This document shows positions 12,103-22,780 of a stretch of DNA of 64,000 nt, in pieces. Below the pieces are notes generated by a model, which saw only the letters and a program-made list of their open reading frames with translations, was not told the DNA's origin and did not search any database. Source of the DNA: Takakia lepidozioides. Taxonomy: Eukaryota; Plantae; Bryophyta. Numbering within the stretch: position 1 is the first letter of the stretch; every line of letters begins with the position of its first letter. Where the stretch lies: the NCBI GenBank assembly GCA_030704615.1, contig CM060734.1, positions 6,944,001-7,008,000 on the forward strand, read 5' to 3'. Both the position numbers and the translations under genes were made by a program.

Positions 12103-12970
12103 AAAGTCCATTTTTTTTTTTTTACCTCTTATAACAGGAAGGTAGACACCTTCATGACACACCAGATGGTGGTTTGAACCCACAACCACATCCAACGTGG
12201 TATGTGCCCATTACCACTGGGCTACATGCTGGTTGTCGAGGGTATTACTTTTATTTTGGGTATTTTTTAGTATCCTATAATTACATAATTTTATAATATG
12301 GTGAATTTTTGGCATGCTATTTTAATTATAATTTTTTGTTTCAAACAAATATTAGACACCCCATATTAATAATACAATAAAAGATTTTTTCTTACAAGAC
12401 AAATGAATTTATTATTTGGTTGAAATAAATTCATTTAAAGCATTCACATCATCAGCATTCAAAGTATAAACGTTTTGCGCTCTATCGAAAGTCATAGTGA
12501 CTGAACTAATAATTGAGTTTACATCTATTCACTTGTTGTCGGTATGATCATATTTGAATTTAAATTGTCCTCTAGATTTCGAGAAGTAGTTTAATAACAC
12601 CATAACTGGTGTGGTTGGTCTATTTAGGAGATCAATAGGCTGTCGCAATATTCCTCACCTTCTCATTTTTTGAATCCTACCTAACCACCATTTTACCAGT
12701 AAGCTACATACAAATATCTATATCATTCCCTTAAGAACATGTATATATTTTTGGAATTTTTCATAGGTATTATCTCAACCCTATAATAATTTTAATTTTT
12801 TTTAATGAATCATTATTTTAGACCCTATATTAATTTAGATTCCCTGATCACAATATAATGTACCATTTATTTTTTTTATTTTTTAAAAAAAAAATTATCT
12901 TTTCTGAATAAATTGCACCTTATATTTTTTTGCACGTCGGTTAGAAATTTTTGGAAGTGACTTCCCTGGG
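11986..12970. mobile_element. Non-autonomous TIR DNA transposon (MITE-like), 985 bp, AT-rich, inserted in gag
   Basis: 18-bp TIR CCC(G/A)GGGAAGTCACTTCC; TSD TCGCAGCT at 11978-11985 and 12971-12978 (8 bp, or 9 with the next C); gag is continuous once it is removed. Confidence 0.9.
12161..12233 (-). pseudogene. tRNA-derived sequence inside the MITE
   Basis: 73 nt; A-box TAGCCCAGTGG, B-box GGTTCAAACC, D stem GCCC/GGGC, T stem GTGG/CCAC, ends ACCAG/CTGGT; anticodon arm irregular. Confidence 0.55.
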
Positions 12971-14929
12971 TCGCAGCTCAGGATGCAAGTCATAACAATG
13001 GGCCTCCTCATGCCCATACTTGTTACAATGCCCACACTGTAGTTGTGTAGGCTGTGCCTGTGCCGACCCTTTGCCTCTCTCTAGGCAATCTCTCTTAACA
13101 TGTGGCCTTCCACAATCCCAACATGACACACCCGTCTATTGTTGACCTGAGAATGAAGGAAGAGACCTCTGCACCTGAGATCCTCTCTGACCTTCCTTGG
13201 GCTTCGTCTGAGCCCCCTTGTTGCCTTGAGCACGTTGGGGGGTTTGTTGTTGTTGGCTAGGAACCCCACTTCTTTGTGTCTCCTTGCCAAATCCCACCAT
13301 AACTACTCGCTCCTCCACCATGTTGAGCTCTATTCGCTCTGCTAGCAAAAACACATTTGCTAGGGTGGGTTGGGCCACTTGTAGGAGAGTTGCATCCCGC
13401 ACCATTCTCCTTAACTCATTGTCTAATATCCCATACCAGAATTGGACTGCCTGAGCTTCTGTAACCCCTTGGGTTACATTTATCAATCGTCTCATGCGCG
13501 TGTAAGCCTCACTCAAACTCTTGGTAGGCTTTCGTTGGAACTCTTGCAAGCTCCGCAACTTCTCTGTCCTTATCCCCTGGTAGTTTTTCCTCAACTCCCC
13601 GAAGAACTCCACAACTGGGTTAAAGGCAGGCACGGGTGCTGGTGCTGCAGCATGAGCTTGAGTGAATTTCCCAGCTCATGTACCACTTGTCCCACTACTA
13701 GTGCTTGCAGTTGGGGATGTTGGTATAGCTGCTGGTGTCGCCGTTGCTCTTGTGCCTCTGGTAATGGAGATATAGTCAGGTAATCAATACTCCTGCCATT
13801 CCTCAATCTTCACCTTATGTCCCCGCCTAAATTCATGGTAATCGTCCATGGGTGGCCCCTCGAGGTGCTGAAACAGCCCCTTCCACGTCATAAAAGGCGT
13901 AAACAGTTGTGGATTGCGCATCTGCTGCAAATCACACCAACTATCAAACTTATGTATGAAATCATCAAGCTCAATGGTGCCCACAGCTCCAGAGTACCGA
14001 CGTGGCCCCTTGGTAGCTCCATACATTTCCTCCATCGTGTCCCACAACAATGGCAAGGAAATAGCTTGCACCTGCGGCGTGGATCTCTCAGAGTCTGAAT
14101 CAGAACCTTCCTCATAAGACACTGAAGGTGAAGGTGGCCTACACTGCACACCTCGTCTTGTGTACCCACTAGTATTGCTGGTGTTCGTACCGGCACTCCC
14201 CTCAGCAACTGGTGGCACCTCCGTGATGAAAACTCACAACCCAACCGGTTGTCAACCTGTCTCTAATCCCCACTTTCCACAAGGTAACCGGGTAGAGAAT
14301 CTGTTGCGGCTGGTGGTTCAAGCAGGAATACTAGGTTTCTAACGTAGACCTGTACTTGCACCTGCATCCATCGCAAGAACTCATATGGTCTGCTGGTCAT
14401 CAACCCAGCCTCACCATAAGAGAAACAATGATGGTATAACTGCTCATCACCCTAGCCTCACCACTGACAGCACGTTATAGGATTGACCGGTGATCAAATC
14501 CGGACCAACCTCCTATGAAAACAAGCGCCCACACAAAACTAACATGGCGCACAGTCAAGCATGCAGGTGTGGAGGGGATCCAAACACAAGAAAATCAAGA
14601 TAGCAACTCCCCCACACCAAAAACACTCCACAATGTCGCTCCTGCAAGGACACCCAGCCCAACCTGGACTGACTCTTACCTCCACCTACGGAAAGGTTTT
14701 GGCCTACAGAGAAGGTGAAAGACTACAAGGGAGAGAGACTAAAGCAACTCCTAATCCCAGCATGCTCTCATCCCACTACCCTATCTCCACACTCTTTTGC
14801 TAGTCTCTCAAATAACTCTCTAGAAGCCCTCAATATGTCTCTCAAACAATCTCACTAAAGCTCCCAATCCTTGCACAATGGGACTCCAAAACAGTACACC
14901 AAGGCCCCAAGAGCCTGCCAAAACATAGC

Positions 14930-15185
14930 CCTCGAGGACCCCAAATAGTCCCTCACACAAGTCGCCAAAGACTCCTCAAGCTTGCCAAATATTGGCCTCC
15001 AAGGAGCCCAAATAGTCCTCCAAATGGTCCTCCAAGGACCCCAAACAGTCCTCCAATGACTCCCAATGGTCCTCCAAACAGTCCTCCAAGAACTCCCGAT
15101 GGTCCTCCAAATAGTCCTCCAAGGACTTCCAATGGTCCTCCAAATGGTCCTCCAAGGACCCCAAACAGTCCTCCAGGGACTCTTC
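14930..15185. repeat. Degenerate tandem repeat (GTCCTCCAA / GGACCCCAAA units of 12-21 bp)
   Basis: Repeated gtcctccaa cores at the junction of the two oppositely oriented Gypsy pieces. Confidence 0.85.
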
Positions 15186-15742
15186 CTATGTCACTATGTT
15201 CCCAATGTGTTCCCAATGGCTCAGTGATGCGAGCCAAGGCCATTGTGTTAGATGCGATCTCGTACGATGTCATGGTTGGTGGGGCAGTGTAGGTTCCCAT
15301 GGGCTTCACCTTGGATTTTTGGGAGGAGTCAGCTTCTTATAGGCCTGGATGGCAGTCAGGGGAGGGCCGGCGTGTGCAGCTCCTTGTGACGTTCATAAGA
15401 GGAGTTGCGGTTGCCCAGCGGGGCAAGATGTTGACACTAGTAGCATTCACAGCTGCAGTGACTTGGCCTGGAGAGTTGCTAGAGGGCAACGCTCATTCAG
15501 AGGATGACACACCTCCGGGAGAGCAGGATGACATGTATGGTATGGCGAAGTTGCCTGCCATGATTGCTTAGACTCCATTGTGGGACACGAGCAAGGATTT
15601 GCAGCAGGTTGCTGATCGACGGGTGCAACAAGCCTGGGTAGAGGCTTTTGTACCATCAGGAGAGGAGGAGAGTGCGGGGATTGCACCAGGATCACCTCAG
15701 TTGTCACCATTGGATACCACACCTATTATGTGGCAGTATCCG

Positions 15743-16700
15743 GATGAAGGCATTTGTCTTCTGGACTTGTTTGGCGGGATCAGCACCGGATTGGCTGCTG
15801 TGTTACAGGCAGGTGTATGAGTTCGGCGTTACCTGTATGTGGAGAGGGATGAGACTGCACGACGTGTTTCACTTTGCCATGTTGCTCAGTTGGTGCAGCA
15901 GTACCTTGAGTTGTTGCCGGTGTCTGCAATTCGTGGATATCATCAGGCCTTGCCAACAGACATTTCGTTGTTGGGGGCGCGGGATTTGGAGCGGGTTGGC
16001 TCCATTGATATGGTAGTGGCAGGTTGGCCCTGCCAAGGGCATTCATCAGCCAGGCATGGCAATGGATTGCGAGACTCGAGGTCGGGTCTGTTTTGGGAGA
16101 TGGTGCGGGTTTTGCGCAACTTGCAGCTTCATCAAGCTGTATCTCCAGCATACATCTTGGAGAATGTGCCACTGATGGGTGATTCTCGGGCCAGGGTGAT
16201 GGCCAGTGTGCATCAAGCCCAATCGTGGCTTGGGTCAGCAGTGTTGCTAGATGCAGCTGTAGTGGGTTCACGGGCTCATCGTCCCCGGCTATGGTGAACT
16301 AACTTAATGCCACTCGCACTGCTCAAGCGTGCATTTGATGGGGTGCAGCGACCAGCACACCTCACAGTGGATAGCATTTTGGACAAAGGGAGACAGTGTC
16401 AGCGTGTGAGACACGATGACCGTTCGCCTTTGGCAGTGGTCAACAAGGTGGGTCAACCACGAGTAGTACTACCTACACTGCTCAGCTACCCAGGATCGCA
16501 TGCTTTCCGAGATAGTGGATCTGGCCTCCTGTGGGATGTTCAGTTGCAACAGTTAGTGGAGCCTAATGCTGACGAGCGTGAGCGGGCAATGGGTTTTAGC
16601 ACTCGTATCACGGAGGTGCTGTCTCTTTCTGAGGCATCACGTCGTCAGGTGTTGGGGCAAGCAATGGATCTCAATTGCTTGACCTGGATTATCAGCTTGG
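15743..16700 (+). pseudogene. DNMT3-like C5 cytosine DNA methyltransferase domain in Gypsy pol
   Basis: Motif I LDLFGGISTG, II YVERD, IV VVAGWPCQGHS, V SGLFWEMVRVL, VI YILENV, VIII SRAHRPRLW*TN, IX ERERAMGF, X RRQVLGQAM; canonical order, intronless; stops at 15818 and 16295. Confidence 0.93.
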
Positions 16701-17158
16701 CTATGGCTGAACAACGCAGAGTGCGAAATACACTTCCCTCGCTGGTCTCTCTGCCTACCGAGACGGTACAGACAGTGAGTGGGGGCGAGCATGTGAGGAC
16801 CATGGGGTGTAGGCATCCATGGCACACGTGGGAGGTGCTCGAGGTTCAGAAGGAATTGGCAGCCAAGGTGGCGGTGATGGACGAGGTTGGGGATTTTTCT
16901 CGGGTTGAGGAAGTCCTCGAGGATGAGATGATGGGGCGGGATGAGGCCTTGTCATTGACTAAGCAGGTAGGGAGTACTCCTCAAGAGGTTGCAACATAGC
17001 AACCACTGGACGCGTCCTCTATCTCTAAGCCCACTAGACTTCAGGTTGCAGTTACGGAGGACAATTGGGAGCCTGACATCGGACCCATTGTCACCGGAGG
17101 AAAGAGACAACGTATACGGCGGTTCCTGAGGGCTTACAAGAATTGCTTTGCCTTCAGT

Positions 17159-18568
17159 TTGAAGGACTTGGGAACATTGAAGGGTCAAGAGATCTGTATT
17201 GAGTTGGCCACTGACACGCCAATCTTTCGGAGACCCTATAGATACAGTGACATGGAGAGGTATTTGATTCAGATGAGGACTCAAGATCTCTGGGAGGCAG
17301 GTTTGGTGGAGCTCTCTGGTGGAGGGTATGCTTCAGCCACAGTGATGCCAGCCAAGAAGGATGTTTATGGCAATTGGACGGAGAGACGTATGTGCGGTGA
17401 TTACCGGCCTGTAAATCATCAGACCAAGTCCGATAAGTATGCCATGCCAACATCAGAGGAGATCTTTGATGCCATCGGGCATGCTGAGGTCTTTAGCACT
17501 TTGGATTTATGATCTGGATATCACCAGTTGCCGATCAAGGAGGCGGACAAGCAGAAGACGACATTCTGGGGGATCAATGAGCACGGCAAGGATTGCCTAT
17601 ATCAGTGGCGGTTCTTACCATTTGGGCTTAAGAACGCTCCTGCAGAGTTTCAGAGAGTCATGGATAGGATTCTAGCAGGGGTGGACTTTGCTCGGTGCTA
17701 CATAGATGACATCATCATCTTTAGTGCTACGGTGGAGGAGCATGAGAGACACCTTCAGGTGCTATTGGAGCGCTTGAGAGCGCACAGATTGAAGTTGCAT
17801 CCGGGGAAGTGCAAGTTTTTCCACAACCAGATTGAGTATCTGGGTCACATGATATATCCTGGAGGATTGGGGGTACAGTAGACTAAGGTAGAGGCCATTG
17901 CATAAATTCCACGCCCCACGGATGTGAGCCGAGTTCGAGCTTTCATGGGGTTGACAAACTATTATAGACGGTTTGTCAAGGGATTTAGTGCCATTGCAAA
18001 GGCTCTAACCAAGCTGACCAAGGTGGACCAGGAGTGGCAGTAGGAAGATGAGCAGGAACGAGCTTTTCAAGAGCTCAAGACGAGGTTGACTTCGGCGCCT
18101 ATCCTGAGACGACCTATCAGGGGGCGTCATTTTCAGCTGCATACGGATTGGAGCATGCTGGGACTTGGAGCGGTGCTCACACAAGTGGATGATGAGGGGA
18201 GAGAGTTCGTAGTGGCTTATGCTAGCCGCTCGAACAACGCTGCAGAGGCTAAGTATAGCTCATATGAGGGAGAGTGCTTAGCTGCAGTGTGGGCCGTGGC
18301 ACACTTCAGGTGCTATCTATATGGCAATCTCTTCACCCTTGTCACGGATCACCAGCCACTCAAGTGGTTGATGAAGTCAGATAAGCTTATAGGGAAGCTT
18401 GCACGGTGGGCACTCATACTCCACGAGTATGACTTTCAGGTTGTTCATCGACTGGGTTTGGCCAATCGGGATGCGGATGGATTGAGTCGCAATCCATGCA
18501 CGAGCCAGCAGGATGACACTGGAGTTCGGTGGCATGGTGAGACGGACGAGGAGATGGTGCCGCGATGA
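17159..18568 (+). pseudogene. pol: Gypsy reverse transcriptase and RNase H (in-frame stops)
   Basis: RMCGDYRPVN, LDL*SGYHQ, PFGLKNAPAEFQR, YIDDIIIF, EYLGH; HTDWS, EGECLA, TDHQPL. Confidence 0.95.
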
Positions 18569-18841
18569 CACACATCTGCATTTTTGTGTATCTTGGAATC
18601 GGGAGGTCAGGTTGGACCCACAACAGGGATGATTGTAGACGGAGTGTCTGAGGACCCTAAGGCTAGTGATGAGCCAGATGGTACCAGAGATATACATGAG
18701 GATTTGGCTGTGTTGGACTACCTCTTTACTGGAGACACGGCAGCCACTGTGACTGCCAAGGAGATGGATCGGATCCTGCAACGAGCCAAGAGGTTCAAGT
18801 GGGAGGGGATACACCTGCTCCGAGTATAGGAGGATGGTCGG

Positions 18842-20134
18842 GTGAGGATTGTACCTCACCCCACACAGCGTGCACGGTTAGTGCGGCATGCCCATGAGGA
18901 ATTGGGGCATTTTGGAGTGCGACACACTCACAGTTTACTGCAGGGGCAGTATTGGTGGCGTGATATACATACAGAGGTACAACAGTTCGTGGCTAGGTGC
19001 ATGGTGTGTGACAGGGTGTGTGCTTCATTCAATGCCCCTACACCACAGTTGTATCATTTACCAATCATGGGATTGGGCTACAGGTGGAATCTTGACTTTG
19101 CAGGACCGTTGCCACTGACTATGCGCCAGCACAGATATGTGTTGGTGATGGTGGAGCACTTCTCCAAGTGGATTGAGTTGGTTCCATTGCCTGACAAGAC
19201 TAGTGAGGGGGTTGCGTATGCATTCTTGGATCGTGTGCTTAGCCGATTCGGTGCTCCAGCTGAGGTACTCACGGACCAAGGGAGAGAGTTCTTGGGGGAG
19301 TTTCAGGCTTTGTGTGATAAAGCATTGATAGACTACCGCACCACTTCTCGGGATCATCCTGAGGCCGATGGCTTGACAAAGAGAGTTGTTCAAACGGTGA
19401 AGAGGGGTTTGCGCAAGTATGGCTTGCAAAAGGGAGACCTAGGAGATTGGGATCTTCAGGTGCCTTGGTTAGCCATGGGCTACAGGTTCAGCAAACAAGT
19501 ATCATTTGCCTCCTTCTCACCATATTTCCTTCTCTTTGGCCGAGAGCCGGATTTGCCTGCAGCCATTCGTAGGGACACTGCTCAAGTCCTTAACCTTGAC
19601 GATCCGGACGTGTGGGTACGTGCATGTGATGAGCGTGCAGAGTTGTTCAAGAAAGTCATGCCCATGGCTTTTGAGAACCTTGCCATTGCACAGTACCGTG
19701 ATACGTTGAGGTATGCCACTATACGTGGTGGAGGATATCGTCCTGGGGTTCGGCGGTTTAGCCCGGGTGACTATGTTTATTTGCAGCAGACTGCTCCTAC
19801 GACCCTGGATGTCACTGCAGGGCGTGTTATTCTGAGGGTTCGAGAGGTGTTGCCCTCAGGACTCATGATCTTGGAGGGTCGAGATGGCATGACTTGGAAA
19901 GACCATGTGCGTAATTGTGCGCCATGTCACCTTCCCAATGTCAATGGCAGAGTTGACCCAAACTTGGCAGTGGTACCTGCAGGTTTGAGGTGCATGCTCT
20001 GTGGGTCTGTCAAAGGGGCAGCCACCATGCTGGTGTGTAATCGATGCTCAAGAGGTTGGCATATGGGATGTTTGACACCACCTCTTGAGAGGGTTCCTGA
20101 TGGAGATTGGTTATGTCCACACTGCTTGGGATAA
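18842..20134 (+). CDS. Integrase with C-terminal PHD finger (PHD about 19990-20128)
   Basis: HHCC zinc domain, DDE core, then the C4HC3 pattern CMLC...VCNRC...WHMGC...WLCPHC. Confidence 0.92.
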   Translation: MRIVPHPTQRARLVRHAHEELGHFGVRHTHSLLQGQYWWRDIHTEVQQFVARCMVCDRVCASFNAPTPQLYHLPIMGLGYRWNLDFAGPLPLTMRQHRYVLVMVEHFSKWIELVPLPDKTSEGVAYAFLDRVLSRFGAPAEVLTDQGREFLGEFQALCDKALIDYRTTSRDHPEADGLTKRVVQTVKRGLRKYGLQKGDLGDWDLQVPWLAMGYRFSKQVSFASFSPYFLLFGREPDLPAAIRRDTAQVLNLDDPDVWVRACDERAELFKKVMPMAFENLAIAQYRDTLRYATIRGGGYRPGVRRFSPGDYVYLQQTAPTTLDVTAGRVILRVREVLPSGLMILEGRDGMTWKDHVRNCAPCHLPNVNGRVDPNLAVVPAGLRCMLCGSVKGAATMLVCNRCSRGWHMGCLTPPLERVPDGDWLCPHCLG

Positions 20135-20389
20135 TGGCAGTGGACATGACTAGAGGCAGCTAACAGGACATGGGAGGCCAAGCTCATAGGAGTCAATACA
20201 CGAGATCCCGGGCTCAAGTTCACAGGTTGCAAGACGACGACTAACGATGGGGCAACTCTTGCACCCGACCTCTTGATCTATCGAGTTTGAGTGTAGTAGG
20301 GACAGTGGTGGAGGACTTAGTGAGGCTATAGTCACTATCACATCTTGTGGCTACCTGGACTTAGAGGGACCTAAGCACCAGCGGGCGAT

Positions 20390-21095
20390 TGTGTGGACTA
20401 GTGACTGCCATAGTGGGCAACATAGTGGCAGCTTAGTGACTGACTAGTTGTAGCCTAGTGGTTGGACTAGTGGCTGGACTAGTGGTGGACTAGTGGTATA
20501 CTAGTGTGTGGCGTGCACATGCGTTGTGTGGTTTTGGACATCGATGTAGTTGTGTAGTGATATGTATGCGCACGACAGCTGTCAAGTTATTTTACCACTA
20601 GTGTGAAACTAGCTAGAAAATAGCTAGCTTTCACATATTGACATTTGGGATTGGCCCAAGTGTCAATCCAGGGGTCAAGGCAGATTTAGGCCCTGGAGTG
20701 GTTATCTTCACGGCAAGCGCAGAAGGCTCATCTTTCTCAAGTTGAGCCTCACCGCGCCTAGCTATGGCGCCGTAGTGTGGATTCCCCATGGCGTGGGGTG
20801 CACTTGGCTTGACTTGTATTTGAGTGATGAGGTTATATATGCATGAGTTTATGCTTCAGCTTTGTGAGCTCGCATGAGCTTGTGCTTGTATTCTTCTTCT
20901 TTATCATTGTGTGGACTAATGACTGCCATAGTGGGCAGCATAGTGGCAGCCTAATGACTGACTAGTTGTAGCCTAGTGGTTGGACTAGTGGCTGGACTAG
21001 TGGTGGACTAGTAGTATACTAGTGTGTGGCGTGCACATGTGTTGTGTGGTTTTGGACAACGATGTAGTTGTGTAGCGATATGTATGTGCACGACA
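20390..21095 (+). repeat. 3' terminal A-B-A repeat of Gypsy copy 3 (A 20390-20577, B 20580-20906, A 20908-21095)
   Basis: Two 188-bp near-identical A units TGTGTGGACTA...CACGACA flank B TGTCAAG...TTATCA; same GC and T spacers as copy 2. Confidence 0.9.
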
Positions 21096-21429
21096 TCCCC
21101 TATCAGTGGAGATCATAGCTCCTGCCGTTGCAACCTTTACCAGCGCTACCCCAAAACAAGAACTATTGAAGCCACATCGCATGACTCCCCTTCCCCGCTT
21201 CAGCAAGCCCATCCTCTAGCGAGCCGAGTCCAGGGATCATCAACACAAAACGGCACCGCAACTCTCTTTGGCAGCAGCACAGATTACCAAGTTTTCCCTT
21301 GATTATATACCTTATCCCTTATATTACTGCTATCTAATTCAGGCCCTAAGACAAAATCAATGAGTCAGCATGAGCAGATCAGCACCCAAAACTTCCAACT
21401 TTGCCCACTCCCTCTCCCGCAATCTCAGC

Positions 21430-21900
21430 CAAAGAAGGGATTGCACTATCTTACAGTCAATGTGCCATAGTGCCATTGGCTTGGTCACATTGTATTGACC
21501 ACTGACAAGTCCACATGCGCTACGCCTCCGCTCAAAGTGGTAGCCAAATATGATCCTCAAGCGTGTGCAATCTTGATGCGGGAGACTCGGATGTCCCTTC
21601 TTGCCAAGGCACTCTTCACCTGGATGATTCCCCAATTGACTCCATTCTCCTCCGTTGGGACAATTTCTCGACTTGCTTGACATAGTTCTTCTTCTGTCAA
21701 CTGGTGATAGACTATGAAAGGGACACCTAGGATTTTGGACAACATCCTCTTGAGCTGTCTGACATCTTGAAGACCTAGTGCAGTAGCAATGACTTGCAAG
21801 GACACTCCCTCTCGAACTCATACTGCCATTTTTCCTACCTATCTCTGCTGCCGCGTTGTCGAGGACACCGGAAATAACACTACTCACATTCTCGGTCACT
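21430..21900 (-). pseudogene. Possible remnant of an IS3/IS481-type eukaryotic DDE transposase
   Basis: SALARRDIRVSRIKIAHA, then (frameshifted) QYNVTKPMALWHID followed by a GTAAG donor; resembles the RGIRV..R / YxVxxPNxLWHxDG signature. Confidence 0.4.
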
Positions 21901-22077
21901 GACAGTTCGAGGTAGAATTGTTTTTTGTTGTGTAAGCTGGTTTGTTGGTCCTCACGAGCTTGCCTATCCTGCTGCTATGTGCAGAAGCACCGCAACCACC
22001 ACATCCCTGCTGCCACTCCTAAAACTCGCAATTTTTGTGCTTCGTGGGAATGCAAAACATTCCCGTCGAGAACCGGT

Positions 22078-22195
22078 CCAGATTCCTTGTGGACGGTAAA
22101 GATGCCTTGTGGGGACGTTTCAGATTCCCTGCGAGCGGTAAAGATTCCTTTCCGGGGGTTTAAGATTCCCTTGGGGCGATAAAGATTCCTTGCGG
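22078..22195. repeat. About six copies of a 20-21-bp unit with an AAGATTCC core
   Basis: agattcc recurs at about 20-bp spacing upstream of the transposase remnant; possibly subterminal repeats. Confidence 0.7.
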
Positions 22196-22780
22196 GTAGG
22201 GTATAAAAGAGGCAATTTTAAAATTCTTACCGGCGGTCCTCAGAGGCGAGCACGGCCTAAATTGCATTCCCTAGCGGGGCGGGCGGCTTGGGGCCGGGAG
22301 AGGGCGAGGTGGGGCGAGGGGGTGGGGCACGCGCACGGGGCTCGCGCGTGCGAAAGAAGGACGCATTACCGTAGATTTTTTTTATATTATTTTTTTCATA
22401 GACAATGTCACTGAACACTGAACCCTGCAGGCTGCTACCCCATTTTGTTTTCTTGCCTGTGTTCATCTACATGCTGTTTTCTCACTGTTCGGTCCTTTCT
22501 CCTCTCCTACCATATACTCATCTGGTCGAGAAATCCGTCTGCTGCCTCCCCTCGCGTCGGAAGCTTACTTGTAAGCCATGCTGTGATACACATACTGTGG
22601 TACCCATCTTCTCTTAAGTGGGTTTTGTTTCCTTGTACTTTGCTACTGCTGGGTCCCTTTCCCCTCAGTGGTCAGCGGTCCGTCCGGCTGCCTTCCCTGA
22701 CAGCGGAGGCTTTCTCTTTCCAGCATTTGGTGATACCTAGACGCACTGCCGTGCTCAGTTGGAAGGACTTGGGCGAAGAT

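Larger units (their letters stand above)
10394..15185 (-). mobile_element. Gypsy copy 2, internally deleted (leader + gag joined to the 3' UTR, no pol)
   Basis: gag 12971-14244 and 11685-11985 is homologous to copy 1. The 3' UTR 11469-11576 matches the reverse complement of about 20288-20389. No pol lies between them. Confidence 0.85.
15220..21095 (+). mobile_element. Gypsy copy 3, 5'-truncated: protease C-term, DNMT, RT, RNase H, integrase, PHD, PPT, A-B-A end
   Basis: All ORF pieces from 15056 to 18842 start in the same frame. RT YIDD (about 17700), RNase H HTDWS...DHQPL...DADGLSR, integrase HEELGH...CMVC and DFAG...TDQG...EADG. Order RT-RH-INT is Ty3/Gypsy. Confidence 0.95.

Noticed and set aside
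12161-12233. Functional tRNA gene
   Set aside because: Anticodon arm and acceptor stem are irregular, and it lies inside a MITE.
14953-15309. GGPFG/PPNS repeat proteins
   Set aside because: These ORFs are by-products of a tandem repeat open in several frames.
15743-16700. Host DNMT gene or bacterial restriction-modification methylase
   Set aside because: It is intronless and in frame inside Gypsy pol; no nuclease partner or prokaryotic context.
10394-21095. Single composite transposon with long TIRs
   Set aside because: Flanks GCGGT and TCCCC are not a TSD.
22445-22780. N-terminal extension of the 492-aa ORF
   Set aside because: Non-ATG start, and it spans a likely 5' UTR intron (22571-22723).
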